The notes below the pieces were generated by a model that saw nothing but the letters and a program-made list of their open reading frames with translations, was not told where the DNA came from and searched no databases. The translations under genes were made by a program, and so were the position numbers. A stretch of DNA of 64,000 nucleotides from Eledone cirrhosa (lineage: Eukaryota), in NCBI GenBank assembly GCA_964016885.1, contig OZ024742.1:26350001-26414000 (forward strand), read 5' to 3'. Position 1 is the first letter of the stretch. Each line of letters starts with the position of its first letter. This document shows positions 41,025 through 54,349 of the stretch, one piece after another.

Positions 41025-41028
<4 letters not shown>
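38790..41028 (+). repeat. Tandem array of ~4.8 units of 465 bp, each with a type I hammerhead (retrozyme-like)
   Basis: Unit starts at 38790, 39258, 39723, 40188 and 40653; near-identical units. Confidence 0.92.
38903..38947 (+). ncRNA. Type I hammerhead ribozyme (unit 1; also 39368-39412, 39833-39877, 40298-40342, 40763-40807)
   Basis: AATATTG-CTGATGA-GATGT-AACA-ACATC-GAAA-CTAG-TC-CAATATT, with a long distal stem I extension. Confidence 0.9.
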
Positions 41029-41068
<40 letters not shown>

Positions 41069-41072
<4 letters not shown>

Positions 41073-41191
41073 AACGAGTAGGACCCCGACGGTTGAGCCC
41101 AAGCCGTTTCGACGGCTAATTCTCGACTCTGAGTCCATAATTAGCCGTCGAAACGGCTTGAGCTCAGCCGTCGGGGTCCTACTCGTTCCTA
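41069..41191. repeat. Near-perfect palindrome (~53-bp arms, 17-nt spacer)
   Basis: GGAACGAGTAGGACCCCGACGG..CGTTTCGACGGCTAATT and its reverse complement. Confidence 0.85.
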
Positions 41192-41269
41192 TTACCCACT
41201 CTACTACACTAACTATTGAGTACTTTGGTGCGTTATGGTCCACCTAGTTCTTTACCACATTTCCTTCGT

Positions 41270-41301
<32 letters not shown>

Positions 41302-41477
41302 TACATATATATATATATATTTATATATATTAGAAAAGGAAAGTAAGGTTCTATACAACACAGTGGATATAGAGAGAATGTGTGAAGTTAGAAATAGCAC
41401 GGAAAATATATTTTAGGGTGTGTTTGTCTTTGAAGATGAATCGAGCGTCTAAATAGCTCGCTTCAGGCTATGCTAAA

Positions 41478-41656
41478 TACTTGTTTCTACTTTTGGCACA
41501 AGGCCAGAAATTAGCCAGTGCATTACTGGTACTTTATTTTATAGACCCCGTAAGGATGAAAGGCAAAGTTAACCTCGGCGGGATTTGAACTCAGTCCGTA
41601 AAGGGACGTAACTGTGCTGCAAAGCATGGCGTCCGACCCTCTACCGATACTGCCAG
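41478..41656 (-). mobile_element. SINE family A
   Basis: Matches the family consensus. Confidence 0.8.
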
Positions 41657-42086
41657 AAATAATACTTACCTAATATGCCAGGTACTCGAATGACATTCAG
41701 GACCTGATGATTACAAAACCAAGTTTTAACCATTCGCTCATTCTATTAAACAGTCTTATATTCTAACAGGGACAATAATGGATATATTAGTGTATCAACT
41801 TGGCATTTTGGTCATTCAAATACAATTACGTATAAAGTGTGTAAACGACAAATAGTTAGGCTTATTGTAAACGACAAAGAGTTAGGCTTATTGTCTGCAT
41901 TGTAAACTGTAGAAGAATAAATTAATGTGCTGTTGTATGACTCATGTATGTTTCTCGTTCCAGAATTATTTCAATGCTTTTTATAAAGTACCATTGAAAT
42001 GTCATCGTTTTGCTTCTCACTAATCACCGTGATCCGCTATCAATTATAAGGGATATATTATTAGTGTAGATTTTTTTTTATAATCG

Positions 42087-42192
<106 letters not shown>

Positions 42193-42894
42193 GCATATAT
42201 ATATATATATATATATTTTTATGTATATGTATATGCTTTCAGTAAACCGTAAAGATATTTTAGCGATAACGTTTCAGTTATTGATTTGTTTGATCAACAA
42301 AAAATGCAAACATACATACACACCGAGCCACACTTACATACAGAGCCACACTCACATACACACACAAAAAGACCCACATACACACGCAACTACAAACAAA
42401 ATAATTATGACAAAAGAAAATTCAAACAAGATAATACAAAAATTAACTAAACCGTAAACATAAACTAAAAAAAAATACAGACAAAAGTAAAAAGACAAAA
42501 GTACCCCCACCACCCTTCTGCAAACAAAAACATAATACATAAAAATATAAATAAAAAAATAAACGTCAAACAAGATGAAGAATTTCAAATGGAACAATTG
42601 TTGCCTCAAACCTTGCAGCAACAGACACAAAGTATGGTGCCAATATTTCCAGTTGGTTGCTTCACATTTTACAACTGAATGAATGCTAAGGGGATATAGC
42701 CAATAGTATCATAGAATAGATTCAGTGAGAAACCAACCGTTTCCTGTTAGGCTTGTCCTATCTCTTATATCTTTCTTATTACTGGGGCTTTGCTTGGTTT
42801 TTTGCTTTTTGCTTTTCTTGTAGTTTTGTTGTTCATTATTGCTATCTTGCTTAATATCATGCTATTAATAGCAATATTATTGTTATTATTCATG

Positions 42895-42936
42895 TAGTAG
42901 GAGTAATAGTAGTGGTGGTACTAGTATTAATAATAA

Positions 42937-42980
<44 letters not shown>

Positions 42981-43113
42981 TTGGTGGTGGTAATAGTATT
43001 AATAGTAATAGTAGTAATAGTAGTAGTATTAGAGGTAATAATAGTAGTGGTGGTGGTAGTAGTAGTAATAGTAATAATAGTACTAGTACTAGTAGTAGTA
43101 GTGGTGGTGGTTT

Positions 43114-43167
<54 letters not shown>

Positions 43168-43529
43168 CAGTAGTAGTAATTGTAGTGGTAGTGGTTTTAG
43201 CAGTAGTAGTAATAGTAGAAGCAGTGGTACTACTACTACTAGAAGTAGTAAGAGTATTAGTAGTAATATTAGAAATAGTAGTGAGAGTAAAGCTGTAGTA
43301 TATATAGTTATAGTAGTATTAGTTGTAGTAGTGGTGAGGGTGGCTGTGGTTGTGGTACTAGTAGTTGTGGTGTTAGTGGTGGTAGTTGTAATAGTGGTGG
43401 ATGTGGTTTTAGTAATATTAGTAGTAGTAGTAGTGATGATTGTGGTGTTAGTAGTGGTGGTGGTGGTGGTGGTAATATTGTTGTTGGTGGTGGTTGTGGT
43501 AGTAGTAGTGGTGGTGGTGTTGGCTGTGA

Positions 43530-43600
<71 letters not shown>

Positions 43601-43666
43601 CTAGTAGTAGTAGTAGTAGTAGTAGTTATGGTGGTAATAGTGTTGATGGTGGTGGTGGTGGTTGTG

Positions 43667-43702
<36 letters not shown>

Positions 43703-43730
43703 CTGGCTGTGGTAGTAGTAGTAGTAGTTT
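42895..43730. repeat. Degenerate (TAG/TGG)n trinucleotide tract
   Basis: Direct reading. Confidence 0.9.
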
Positions 43731-44729
43731 ACTAAACTGAATCCAAACGAATTTCGCAGGAATTGCTTAAACTTTGAAGAAAAAAATGAAACCAAAAATT
43801 ATATCGAAACTCGGCGTATACACACGCCCCCATGCATATGCATACACATACAACGCAGACATACACACATATACATCAATATATATATAAATATATATAC
43901 ATATATAAATGTATATACATACGCACACATATATATATGTAAATATATAAGTACCTATGTGTGCATGTATGTATGTATGATTTTATGCACGTGTGTATAT
44001 AGTTGCATGAGTGCGCGTGGGTGTGAATCTGTACGCATGCGTTTTTACGTTCATGTATTTTACTAAAACATGTCTGTATTATCTGATTGCCATCTCAGTT
44101 CACTACATTAAACATCATCACCAGCGTAAACGACGTCGGGGTTGTTGACGTCAGCTTCCTCCTCAACATCATCACCATCACCGTCACCAACATCATCATC
44201 ATCATCATCATCGTCGTCACCATCATCATCATCATCATTATCATTATGTTCTTCTCCATCGTGAAAATCTTCATCTTATGATCATGATCATGATCGCCAT
44301 CACCAATGCCATCAACTTTATTGCTCGTAAACGGTCGCTGCATAAATAACATTATTTGACATGCATGCTCGTTTGAGAAATCGGCCTCTAGATATTTGGA
44401 AAAACAATTTTAATTTGCCAGAAAGAGATATGTTTTGATATAGAATAGTATGCGAGAAATAGCGAGAAATAACGAGAAATAGCGAGAAAGACGAACAGTG
44501 GGATCAGAGCATTGTGTTTTGAACTGTTTACTATGAGCAAGTACCAAGCAAAATGTTAAACCGTAATTGCGATTAAAAAATATATGGCATGATTCCACTC
44601 TACATAGGTCAGTGCATTACAAACGTCATCGGGCTCAACGTACCAAACATAAATACTATATATATATATATATATATAATATATCCGATATCTGCATTGC
44701 TTTATTGTACTACAATAAAACTGACCTCC

Positions 44730-44819
<90 letters not shown>

Positions 44820-44836
44820 GGGGTATATGTTTTTGC

Positions 44837-44883
<47 letters not shown>

Positions 44884-45037
44884 AATAAATGCTCTGAAAT
44901 AGCGATATATATATGAATATAGACATAGAATATTCGAAAATATTCTGTATGTTTATAATAAACATTTTGAAGACCTAATCGCTATAGAATAGAATACGTC
45001 ACGTATTACAATTAGATTCTCGATAAAAGCAAGGGAA

Positions 45038-45080
45038 GTAATCTACGCGTTTCATTCTTGTTAGAATTCATCAGGACTAC
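45038..45080 (-). ncRNA. Type I hammerhead ribozyme (also 45348-45390, 45658-45700, 45968-46010)
   Basis: Minus strand GTAGTC-CTGATGA-ATTCT-AACA-AGAAT-GAAA-CGCG-TA-GATTAC. Confidence 0.88.
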
Positions 45081-46585
45081 ATATCCAGTGCTTTTATCGA
45101 GAATGACACAGCTAGAGACTTATAGAATACTTAGCTGTGTACAGGAACTGGTTTGAAAGAGCGGTTGCCGGTCCGGCAGAAATTAGAAATAGGAATAAAT
45201 GCTCTGAAATAGCGATATATATATGAATATAGACATAGAATATTCGAAAATATTCTGTATGTTTATAATAAACATTTTGAAGACCTAATCGCTATAGAAT
45301 AGAATACGTCACGTATTACAATTAGATTCTCGATAAAAGCAAGGGAAGTAATCTACGCGTTTCATTCTTGTTAGAATTCATCAGGACTACATATCCAGTG
45401 CTTTTATCGAGAATGACACAGCTAGAGACTTATAGAATACTTAGCTGTGTACAGGAACTGGTTTGAAAGAGCGGTTGCCGGTCCGGCAGAAATTAGAAAT
45501 AGGAATAAATGCTCTGAAATAGCGATATATATATGAATATAGACATAGAATATTCGAAAATATTCTGTATGTTTATAATAAACATTTTGAAGACCTAATC
45601 GCTATAGAATAGAATACGTCACGTATTACAATTAGATTCTCGATAAAAGCAAGGGAAGTAATCTACGCGTTTCATTCTTGTTAGAATTCATCAGGACTAC
45701 ATATCCAGTGCTTTTATCGAGAATGACACAGCTAGAGACTTATAGAATACTTAGCTGTGTACAGGAACTGGTTTGAAAGAGCGGTTGCCGGTCCGGCAGA
45801 AATTAGAAATAGGAATAAATGCTCTGAAATAGCGATATATATATGAATATAGACATAGAATATTCGAAAATATTCTGTATGTTTATAATAAACATTTTGA
45901 AGACCTAATCGCTATAGAATAGAATACGTCACGTATTACAATTAGATTCTCGATAAAAGCAAGGGAAGTAATCTACGCGTTTCATTCTTGTTAGAATTCA
46001 TCAGGACTACATATCCAGTGCTTTTATCGAGAATGACACAGCTAGAGACTTATAGAATACTTAGCTGTGTACAGGAACTGGTTTGAAAGAGCGGTTGCCG
46101 GTCCGGCAGAAATTAGAAATAGGAATAAATGCTCTGAAATAGCGATATATATATGAATATAGACATAGAATATTCGAAAATATTCTGTATGTTTATAATA
46201 AACATTTTGAAGACCTAATCGCTATAGAATAGAATACGTCACGTATTACAATTAGATTCTCGATAAAAGCAAGGGAAGTAATCTACGCGTTTCATTCAGA
46301 ATGAAACGCGTAGATTACTTCCCTTGCTTTTATCGAGAATCTAATTGTAATACGTGACGTATTCTATTCTATAGCGATTAGGTCTTCAAAATGTTTATTA
46401 TAAACATACAGAATATTTTCGAATATTCTATGTCTATATTCATATATATATCGCTATTTCAGAGCATTTATTCCTATTTCTAATTTCTGCCGGACCGGCA
46501 ACCGCTCTTTCAAACCAGTTCCTGTACACAGCTAAGTATTCTATAAGTCTCTAGCTGTGTCATTCTCGATAAAAGCACTGGATAT

Positions 46586-46628
46586 GTAGTCCTGATGAAT
46601 TCTAACAAGAATGAAACGCGTAGATTAC
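46586..46628 (+). ncRNA. Type I hammerhead ribozyme in the inverted arm
   Basis: Same motif on the plus strand; distal helix ATTCTCGATAAAAGC/GCTTTTATCGAGAAT. Confidence 0.88.
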
Positions 46629-46748
46629 TTCCCTTGCTTTTATCGAGAATCTAATTGTAATACGTGACGTATTCTATTCTATAGCGATTAGGTCTTCAAA
46701 ATGTTTATTATAAACATACAGAATATTTTCGAATATTCTATGTCTATA

Positions 46749-46785
<37 letters not shown>

Positions 46786-46793
<8 letters not shown>

Positions 46794-47069
46794 TTCAAAA
46801 TATTAACAGAAATAGAATTTCTTGTGATCAAGTATATTTTATTATACATATTTCAGCGGTACTGAGCTAACTTCAACAGTACGTCCTCATCAGATACAAT
46901 AAGATGATGCATGACATACCCTGACATAGTAGATGGTTAAGATCCAGTCATGGTATTTTATTTGATGAGGACGTACTGTTGAAGTTAGCTCAGTACCGCT
47001 GAAATATGTATAATAAAATATACTTGATCACAAGAAGTTCTATTTTTGTTAATATTTTGAATTAATATT
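46786..47069. repeat. Inverted repeat (~115-bp arms), each arm carrying a hammerhead motif
   Basis: Minus 46835-46901 (CTGATGA core) and plus 46954-47020 (TTGATGA core): TATTTTAT-core-..GTACTG/CAGTAC..-GAAA-TATGTA-TA-ATAAAATA. Confidence 0.75.
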
Positions 47070-47089
47070 ATATATATATATATATAGTT

Positions 47090-47480
47090 GCAAAGTGATT
47101 ACCACTGAGCTCTTTCTTAAGCAGGTAGAGAGTAAACCTAAACTTATGTCCGGACTATAAGGAGGGTGAACGAGTTGAAGAAAGCCACATTTTTCAATGC
47201 ATTCTTGTGCAAGTTTTGCTGTGTGAATAGGGGCATTGTCGATTAGAAGCCAAAGTGGCACATTAGACGTCTTCCGCTTTTTCTCCTTATATTCAGTAAC
47301 CAGTTTACTAAAATAAGAAGCATTGCAGACCATGCCTTTATCCAGAAAATCAGTGCTAATAATTCCCTTCCTAGTCCAGAAAATTGAAAACATGAACTCA
47401 CGTCTATGGCTGGTTCCGCTTCTCATTTTGATAGGAGGTTTTTCACCATATTTTCTCCACTCAGCTGAGGTTCTTTTACG
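47090..47480 (-). pseudogene. Mariner transposase fragment
   Basis: MFSIFWTRKGII, IDNAPIHTA and HPPYSPD motifs. Confidence 0.75.
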
Positions 47481-47614
47481 TATATAAACCCGTAGAGCAA
47501 ATATCTATTGTATATACAGATTAAAGTTTAAGAAAATAATTGCTGCTTTCGCCCTATTTCGGGATATTTTAGAATATATATATATATAGAGAGAGATAGA
47601 TAGAGAGGGGGGGA

Positions 47615-47698
<84 letters not shown>

Positions 47699-47857
47699 CT
47701 AACAGAAATGCCGACGTAGTCAATGCTTAAATGCAGCTATAAATGGATGACAATTGCTCATAATCTGAAGCACCCGCAAACTACTTTATTTACAGCGTTG
47801 ATTAACAGTCATTGTGTTTGCAAGTAGCATTTCAAATATAAAATTAATTTCTTTATT

Positions 47858-48040
47858 TATAATTGTTCCTATTTTAGGCACAAGGCTAGCAATTAACCAG
47901 TACATTACTGGTACTTTATTTTATCGACCCTGTAAAGATGAAAGGCAAAGTTAACCTCGGGCGGATTTGAACTCAGATCGTAAAGGGACGTAACTATGCT
48001 GGAAAGCATGTCCAACTCTACCGATACTGCCAATTCACCG
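47858..48040 (-). mobile_element. SINE family A
   Basis: Matches the family consensus. Confidence 0.75.
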
Positions 48041-48389
48041 CATTTCAAATATAAGATTGAAAGATGAGATTCACAGGAAAGGTTAATTTAAATAGTATTG
48101 CAATTGAATGTTTAAATATGTCGTCAGTGATAGGATATTGGAGCATGTCAGGTTATGGTAAATCTTGTTATATATATTAAGTGTAAAGTTCACAAACATG
48201 GGACGAGAAAATGAATACAAGTATATAAATGTGAAAATGAAGGAGGCGAGAAACATTATTGGGTTGGTAATTGATTGATGTAGAGAGTAAACCTAAACTT
48301 ATTGACAACAGATATTAAAACTATGTGGAGGTGTCAATGATGTAGTAGTTACCGTACACTTTGCCATGGCATTATTTATGGCTTTCATA

Positions 48390-48568
48390 GGTGGTGGATT
48401 GGCAGTATCGGTAGAGGCTCGGACGCCATGCTTTCACGCATAGAGTTACGGCCCTTGCCATTCTGAGTTCAAATCCCGCCGAGGTTAACTTTGCCTTTCC
48501 TCCCTACGGGATCGATAAAATAAAGTACCAGTAATGCACTGGCCTTGTTCCAATAGTAGAAACAATTA
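48390..48568 (+). mobile_element. SINE family A with direct-repeat flanks
   Basis: Consensus match; ATTATTTATGGCTTTCAT on both sides (TSD-like). Confidence 0.8.
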
Positions 48569-48682
48569 TTTATGGCTTTCATCATTCTGCGGTTGTTAAA
48601 ATGCGTAGAAGCAACACCTGGTTGACATAATTAACTGTTCCTTCTTTACCAAATCTTAGCCTCACGTATATAAAAAATATTA

Positions 48683-48906
48683 ATTAATAATGGTTTCTCA
48701 TATCAGCCCAAGGCCTGCAAATTTTTAGGGGGGGGGGTCGAATAAATCGACGCCAATGCGTGACTGGTACTTTATTTTATCGACCCCGTAAGGATGAAAG
48801 GCAAAGTTAACGCCGGCGGGATTTGAACTCAGATCATAAAGGTCCGTAACACTATGCTGCAAAGAATGGTGTCTGACTCTCTACCGTTACCGCCAATCCA
48901 CCGCCC
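48683..48906 (-). mobile_element. SINE family A (long-tail variant)
   Basis: Consensus match with extra CCCCCC/GTCGA segment. Confidence 0.75.
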
Positions 48907-50135
48907 TAAAATATTCGTTAATATTAATCGTAATTTCAATTTAATACAAAAATGTTATTCCAAATAGATATCTATCGAATATAAAATACGAAATTTTAAA
49001 ACTATATTATCTCGTTGAATTTAATAACTGGAAGATGGAATTTAACGCGGGTAGAAGATTCTGGCTGCTGAAATTCACATTACAACCTAAATTACTTGTT
49101 ATCATAACTTGAACTCAAATAAATCTTTACCAAACCAACGCCATCCCCGAACTCAAGCGAATACATTACATAAACCTAAAAATCAACAGCTCCTACCAGA
49201 CAAACACTATTCGAGACAAAAACTAAAATCATACCCTGCAAAAGCATACCAACACATTCTCAGCATAACGAACCGATCTAAACCAATATTGATACAGGGG
49301 CGACAGACGTCATCAGGATGCAGGTGGTGTATTACGTAGTTTCCCTCACAATAATCTATTTATGGTTATATTTAGTTTCTGTCTTCTCTATCTATGCATT
49401 GTTCTGTATTAAGAATTGTCTTTCCTTTGTTGATATAAACTATATATCAACCAAACAGATATATTACTATTTAGTCAACGACATATATTTTCTCTACATG
49501 TTAATAATTTAGACGTTGAATATTTCATTCTTCTCCTGAATATATTCAGTCATTGAATATTCCGTAGAGATACATCAAACGTATTTCATTAGATTTTGTA
49601 GATTAGTCTAGCGATATTCCATATTATTCCAGATTCAAGCCATAATATATTATTAACATCTTCTTCCATATTTTCTTTAACCATCTTTAATTTTCTTTCT
49701 TTCGTTGCCTCTTTGTTAATCTTTCTATTTGTCTATATATCTGTATGTCGGTTGATCACTCTCTCTCTCGCTCTCTCTCTCCCTCTCTCTCTCTCCCTCT
49801 TTGGTTAATCTTTCTATTTGTCTATATGTCTGTATGTCTGCTGATATCTCTCTCTCTCTCCCCTCTTTCTTAATCTTTCTATTTGTCTATATGTCTGTAT
49901 GTCTGGTGAGCTCTCTCTCTCTCTATCTCTCTCTCTCCATCCCCCTATCTCTCTATCACTCTATTTGTCTCTCTCATCCCTCTCTCTCTCTCTGTCTCTC
50001 TTAATTTCTTTCTCATTATTTCCTTCCTCGTCTCTCGCCACCAACGTGTCTCTCTCGGTCGCATTGTCGTTTTCATTTATTCTCCCCGTGTCTGTGTCAT
50101 CCACTCTTCGTGCGCATGTCTCTCACTCCCTCCCT

Positions 50136-50213
<78 letters not shown>

Positions 50214-50422
50214 ATGTCTCTCTCGCTCTTTCTCTCTCAGTCTTTCTCTCTCTCTTTCTCTCTCTATTTCTACTTTGCATTGCTTTACACTTAGTTCCCA
50301 TTACGGTTTTACTCGCTCTCTCTATCTCCAGTTTCTCTGCCTGTCATGACTTCTATGCCTCTAACTTTCCCTTTCTCTCTCTCTCTCTCTATCACCACTC
50401 TCTCTTTTTCTATCACCACTGC

Positions 50423-50456
<34 letters not shown>

Positions 50457-50781
50457 TCCTCTATCTCTAACTTCCTCTGTGACCTTTCCTCACTAACAGT
50501 GTTCGTAATTTAAAAGACTGCCCCAAAGCGACAACATCTGAAATATCTTATATAGTAAAAAAAGAGCAACATTAGAACAGCTAACTGCTCATCTCGGCTT
50601 TCTCATCACTCATCAAAATACCAATTCATCAGGTCAGCCAGATATTTACATATATTTACATACGCATTGTTCATACACCACATATATAGAATCAACCGTG
50701 TGTGTATGTATATGTGTTATAATCAAATATATATATCACTAAATACATACATATACCTGCACACACACATACATATAAATG

Positions 50782-50852
<71 letters not shown>

Positions 50853-50872
50853 CAGGTACAGATATATATACA

Positions 50873-50948
<76 letters not shown>

Positions 50949-51318
50949 TATATATATATATATTTATGTATAACACATATATACATAATAGATATATGTA
51001 TATATGTATATATGTGTGTGCAGGTATATGTATATAGTGCGATATGTATTTGATTTTATTTGATATCGTTTAATGATCAATATTATAGATCATTACACAT
51101 GACACACCAATCATTCTCCAGCTAGTTCTTTGACTTATCACATATAATAATATCCATGTACATTCTAGAGACCTATGCGAATATTTACAATATCGTTTAT
51201 TATTTCGTTCGGAATTGATGTATCAAAGGATAGTGATTATCTTTCGTTGTTTCATTTATTTCATTTTGAGATGCATAAATAAATAAATAATCATTTGCAC
51301 ATTAGGATATATATATTC

Positions 51319-51370
<52 letters not shown>

Positions 51371-52145
51371 CTATATACACATAGACATATATATTTCTAT
51401 GTACCTACATCCATATAATCTGGTAGACACAACTATATATACTTAAATGAACGTCGACGCGGCTCTCATCATGGTAGAATGCTTAAGAAGTTCGCTACGT
51501 GACTTTTAGATCTCTGGTTCGATCACACAGCATTCCGTTTTGTGCAGGTGTCATTTACCTTAGTCTCTGGTTGACCCATGTCTTGGCTTATACCTGCAAT
51601 TCAAAGGGTGAAACTCGTTTTACACTGTGCCAACCAGAATCTACCACACACTCATATACATATACATGATTATTTCATGTACATGTTTTTCCATTGACCT
51701 AATTGAAACATTAATCGTCGAATCCGACCAACGCCCATTCCATTTAAAATCACGCATTATCACGCATCTGTAAATGTCTGTATGTATGTGTGTGGTGGTT
51801 TGTGTGTGTGTAACACAATATTGAACAAGTGATGTGAGGGCTAGTGCAAGAAGGCATACTATATTTTGAAGAGCTGTACAGTTTCTTTGAAGAGCTGTAT
51901 AGTTACTACAGAATATTGTAAGGATTAACGGCTGATTTCATGCAAAAAGTAAAGGTTAAGTGTTATTTCACTTGCTTGAAGGAGGTTTCTTCTCAGAAGA
52001 CCTCATGCTGTCCTGCTCTCTTGACAGTGTCTTACCTTCAATAATGGGTTTACCATGTATCTACTTCCTGAAGTGGAACATTTAGCCGACACAATATGAC
52101 TGATTCATAGTTTGCGAGCGAGGAACCATGATTAACGTACACTCT

Positions 52146-52236
<91 letters not shown>

Positions 52237-52259
52237 GGATAGTGGGGAGAGAAATACAA

Positions 52260-52970
52260 GCGGGGAGCGATTTAATGAAGGTAATAAGAAAAACAAGGAA
52301 GAAATATTCGGATTAATATTGTTGATTCATTACAAAATTAAGGAGTTTTGACAGGAATTATCTGCTGGACTAGTTGTTGGTCTGAAAGAGCGTATTTCGA
52401 GGAAGAAATATAAATATGTCTTTTACAATTAAGATATTTATTTCAGGATAGAAATCTATCAGGATATTTGCTGTTGGGTCTGTCATATATCCTGAATCTA
52501 TTAATGTAGGCCTTAGGTGTTTCGAGGGATCTCCGGATTATAGATTTTATTCTTGAGTTTTTAAGACCTATTTATGGTTTGCTAAACCATTGAGGTTTTT
52601 GTATGTTTATCAAATGAAACGTGATATTACTACCCTTTCCAAAATTCCTTCGACTAATCCAACCTAATACTTTCTGTCCCATCATTTTCAAAGAGCTTTA
52701 CAAATTGGATCTAGCCACGTACACGGCTAACTCTATGTTGCATGCTTCATCTAATTGACAGTCTTCCTTCTTCCTACATGAACAATCTGAATATTTAGCG
52801 TTAGCTGTTATAAAATGTTTCATATTTGAAGGTTTATTGAGTAGAGGCTCTTAATAAAACTGTTCCTGTTCAATATATCAGATTTGTTTGTAAAATGCTT
52901 CTCTATCAGAGCCTGGAATCTCCTGCTTAACTTAAACCTGTTAATCTTCTGTCCATTTCTTCTTGGATTC
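52260..52970 (-). pseudogene. Degenerate PLE C-terminal/GIY-YIG relic
   Basis: Minus strand CSCRKKEDCQLDEACNIELAVYVA..KY*VGLVEG-like remnants. Confidence 0.45.
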
Positions 52971-54082
52971 ACAAGTTAGATGTATTATAGTATATATTGT
53001 CTTTATTGTAGTATATATTGTGGTCCCATTATAATATACGACAGCAGCACCAATATGTCCAGGTACACACACACATTACACATCGTGATCGCAGCCCTTT
53101 TCCATTAGTCTATAGCTGTACATATATGAGATATTCTTGGCTGTGATATATATGTACTTTTCACTGCAGGAATGATACAGTAAAATATTCAGTAGTTGTG
53201 ATGGTTTTGTGTTGGCAAGATAACACTAGCTGTTAATTACGATTAATAAAAGTGAAGTTAGCGAAACGAATATCGTAAGACTGTGAAGTACAAAGCTGAC
53301 AAGATTTTATATATTGCTGATTATGAGTTTTGATCAAACAAAGTATTTTCCATTTAATGTTGTAACTAATGCTTCTCTACTTCAATTTCCAGATACATAG
53401 TTTGAAATCGATATGTCTGATGTTAAATTCATTTAAATGAATAAGCTGTTAATCCAATATATAATTTCAAACTTGAAGTAGATAATTGCAGCATGACGAT
53501 AAACCAGTTCCTTAGATTTTCTATCGTTTTCTAATGGAAAATCGTCAATTTTGACACAGCTGTAAGCTGGAATGATACAAATAATTTAATTTGAATTGAG
53601 TTCTGTGTGAAGATCTATACGATGGTATAAGTTATTTCAATGCAAAGTTATTTTCGTTAAGAGGGAAAAGTTTAATTGAAGATCGTTAGGATAATCGTCA
53701 CCTAAATAATATATTAAGTCATATAGGTCCTATATTTTTACAGATAGTGACAAAAATTATGAGGTAATACAGCTCCACCGTCTCTTATGTATCTATATTG
53801 TAACCAAATCATAGAATCTTTTATTAGCCCGACAATTCATCTTATATTTTTTCTATCTTTTTACCTCTTCTCACCGTCACATCAGATTTCATTACTATTT
53901 ATCACAGCCAGTAATAACAGCACTTTTAGCAATAAACTATGGTTTTAATTTCTTTACTTATTGGTATCTGTCATGTATTGTATTATTAATTTCTCTCCTA
54001 TATTATCCTGTATATATTCCGGATGTATATTGATATACCTTTAATCTCAAACCCGATGTCATTGAATATCACCTGTGTTATT

Positions 54083-54134
54083 AATACTACTACAGCTGCT
54101 GCTACTACTACGACTGCTGCTGCTGCTACTGCTG

Positions 54135-54175
<41 letters not shown>

Positions 54176-54249
54176 GCTAATGCTACTACTACTACTACCA
54201 ATGCTACTACTATTACTGCTCTTGCTGCTGCTGCTGATGATGATGATGA

Positions 54250-54325
<76 letters not shown>

Positions 54326-54328
54326 GCA
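54083..54328. repeat. (TAC/TGC/TGA)n trinucleotide tract
   Basis: Direct reading. Confidence 0.9.
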
Positions 54329-54349
54329 TGAATAATAATAATGTAGCTC

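Larger units (their letters stand above)
44881..46752. repeat. Tandem array of 310-bp hammerhead-bearing units with fold-back inversion at 46298
   Basis: Unit starts at 44881, 45191, 45501, 45811 and 46121; 46299-46752 is the reverse complement; (TA)n on both sides. Confidence 0.92.

Noticed and set aside
49300-49350. Possible type II hammerhead on the minus strand
   Set aside because: Stems I and II pair poorly
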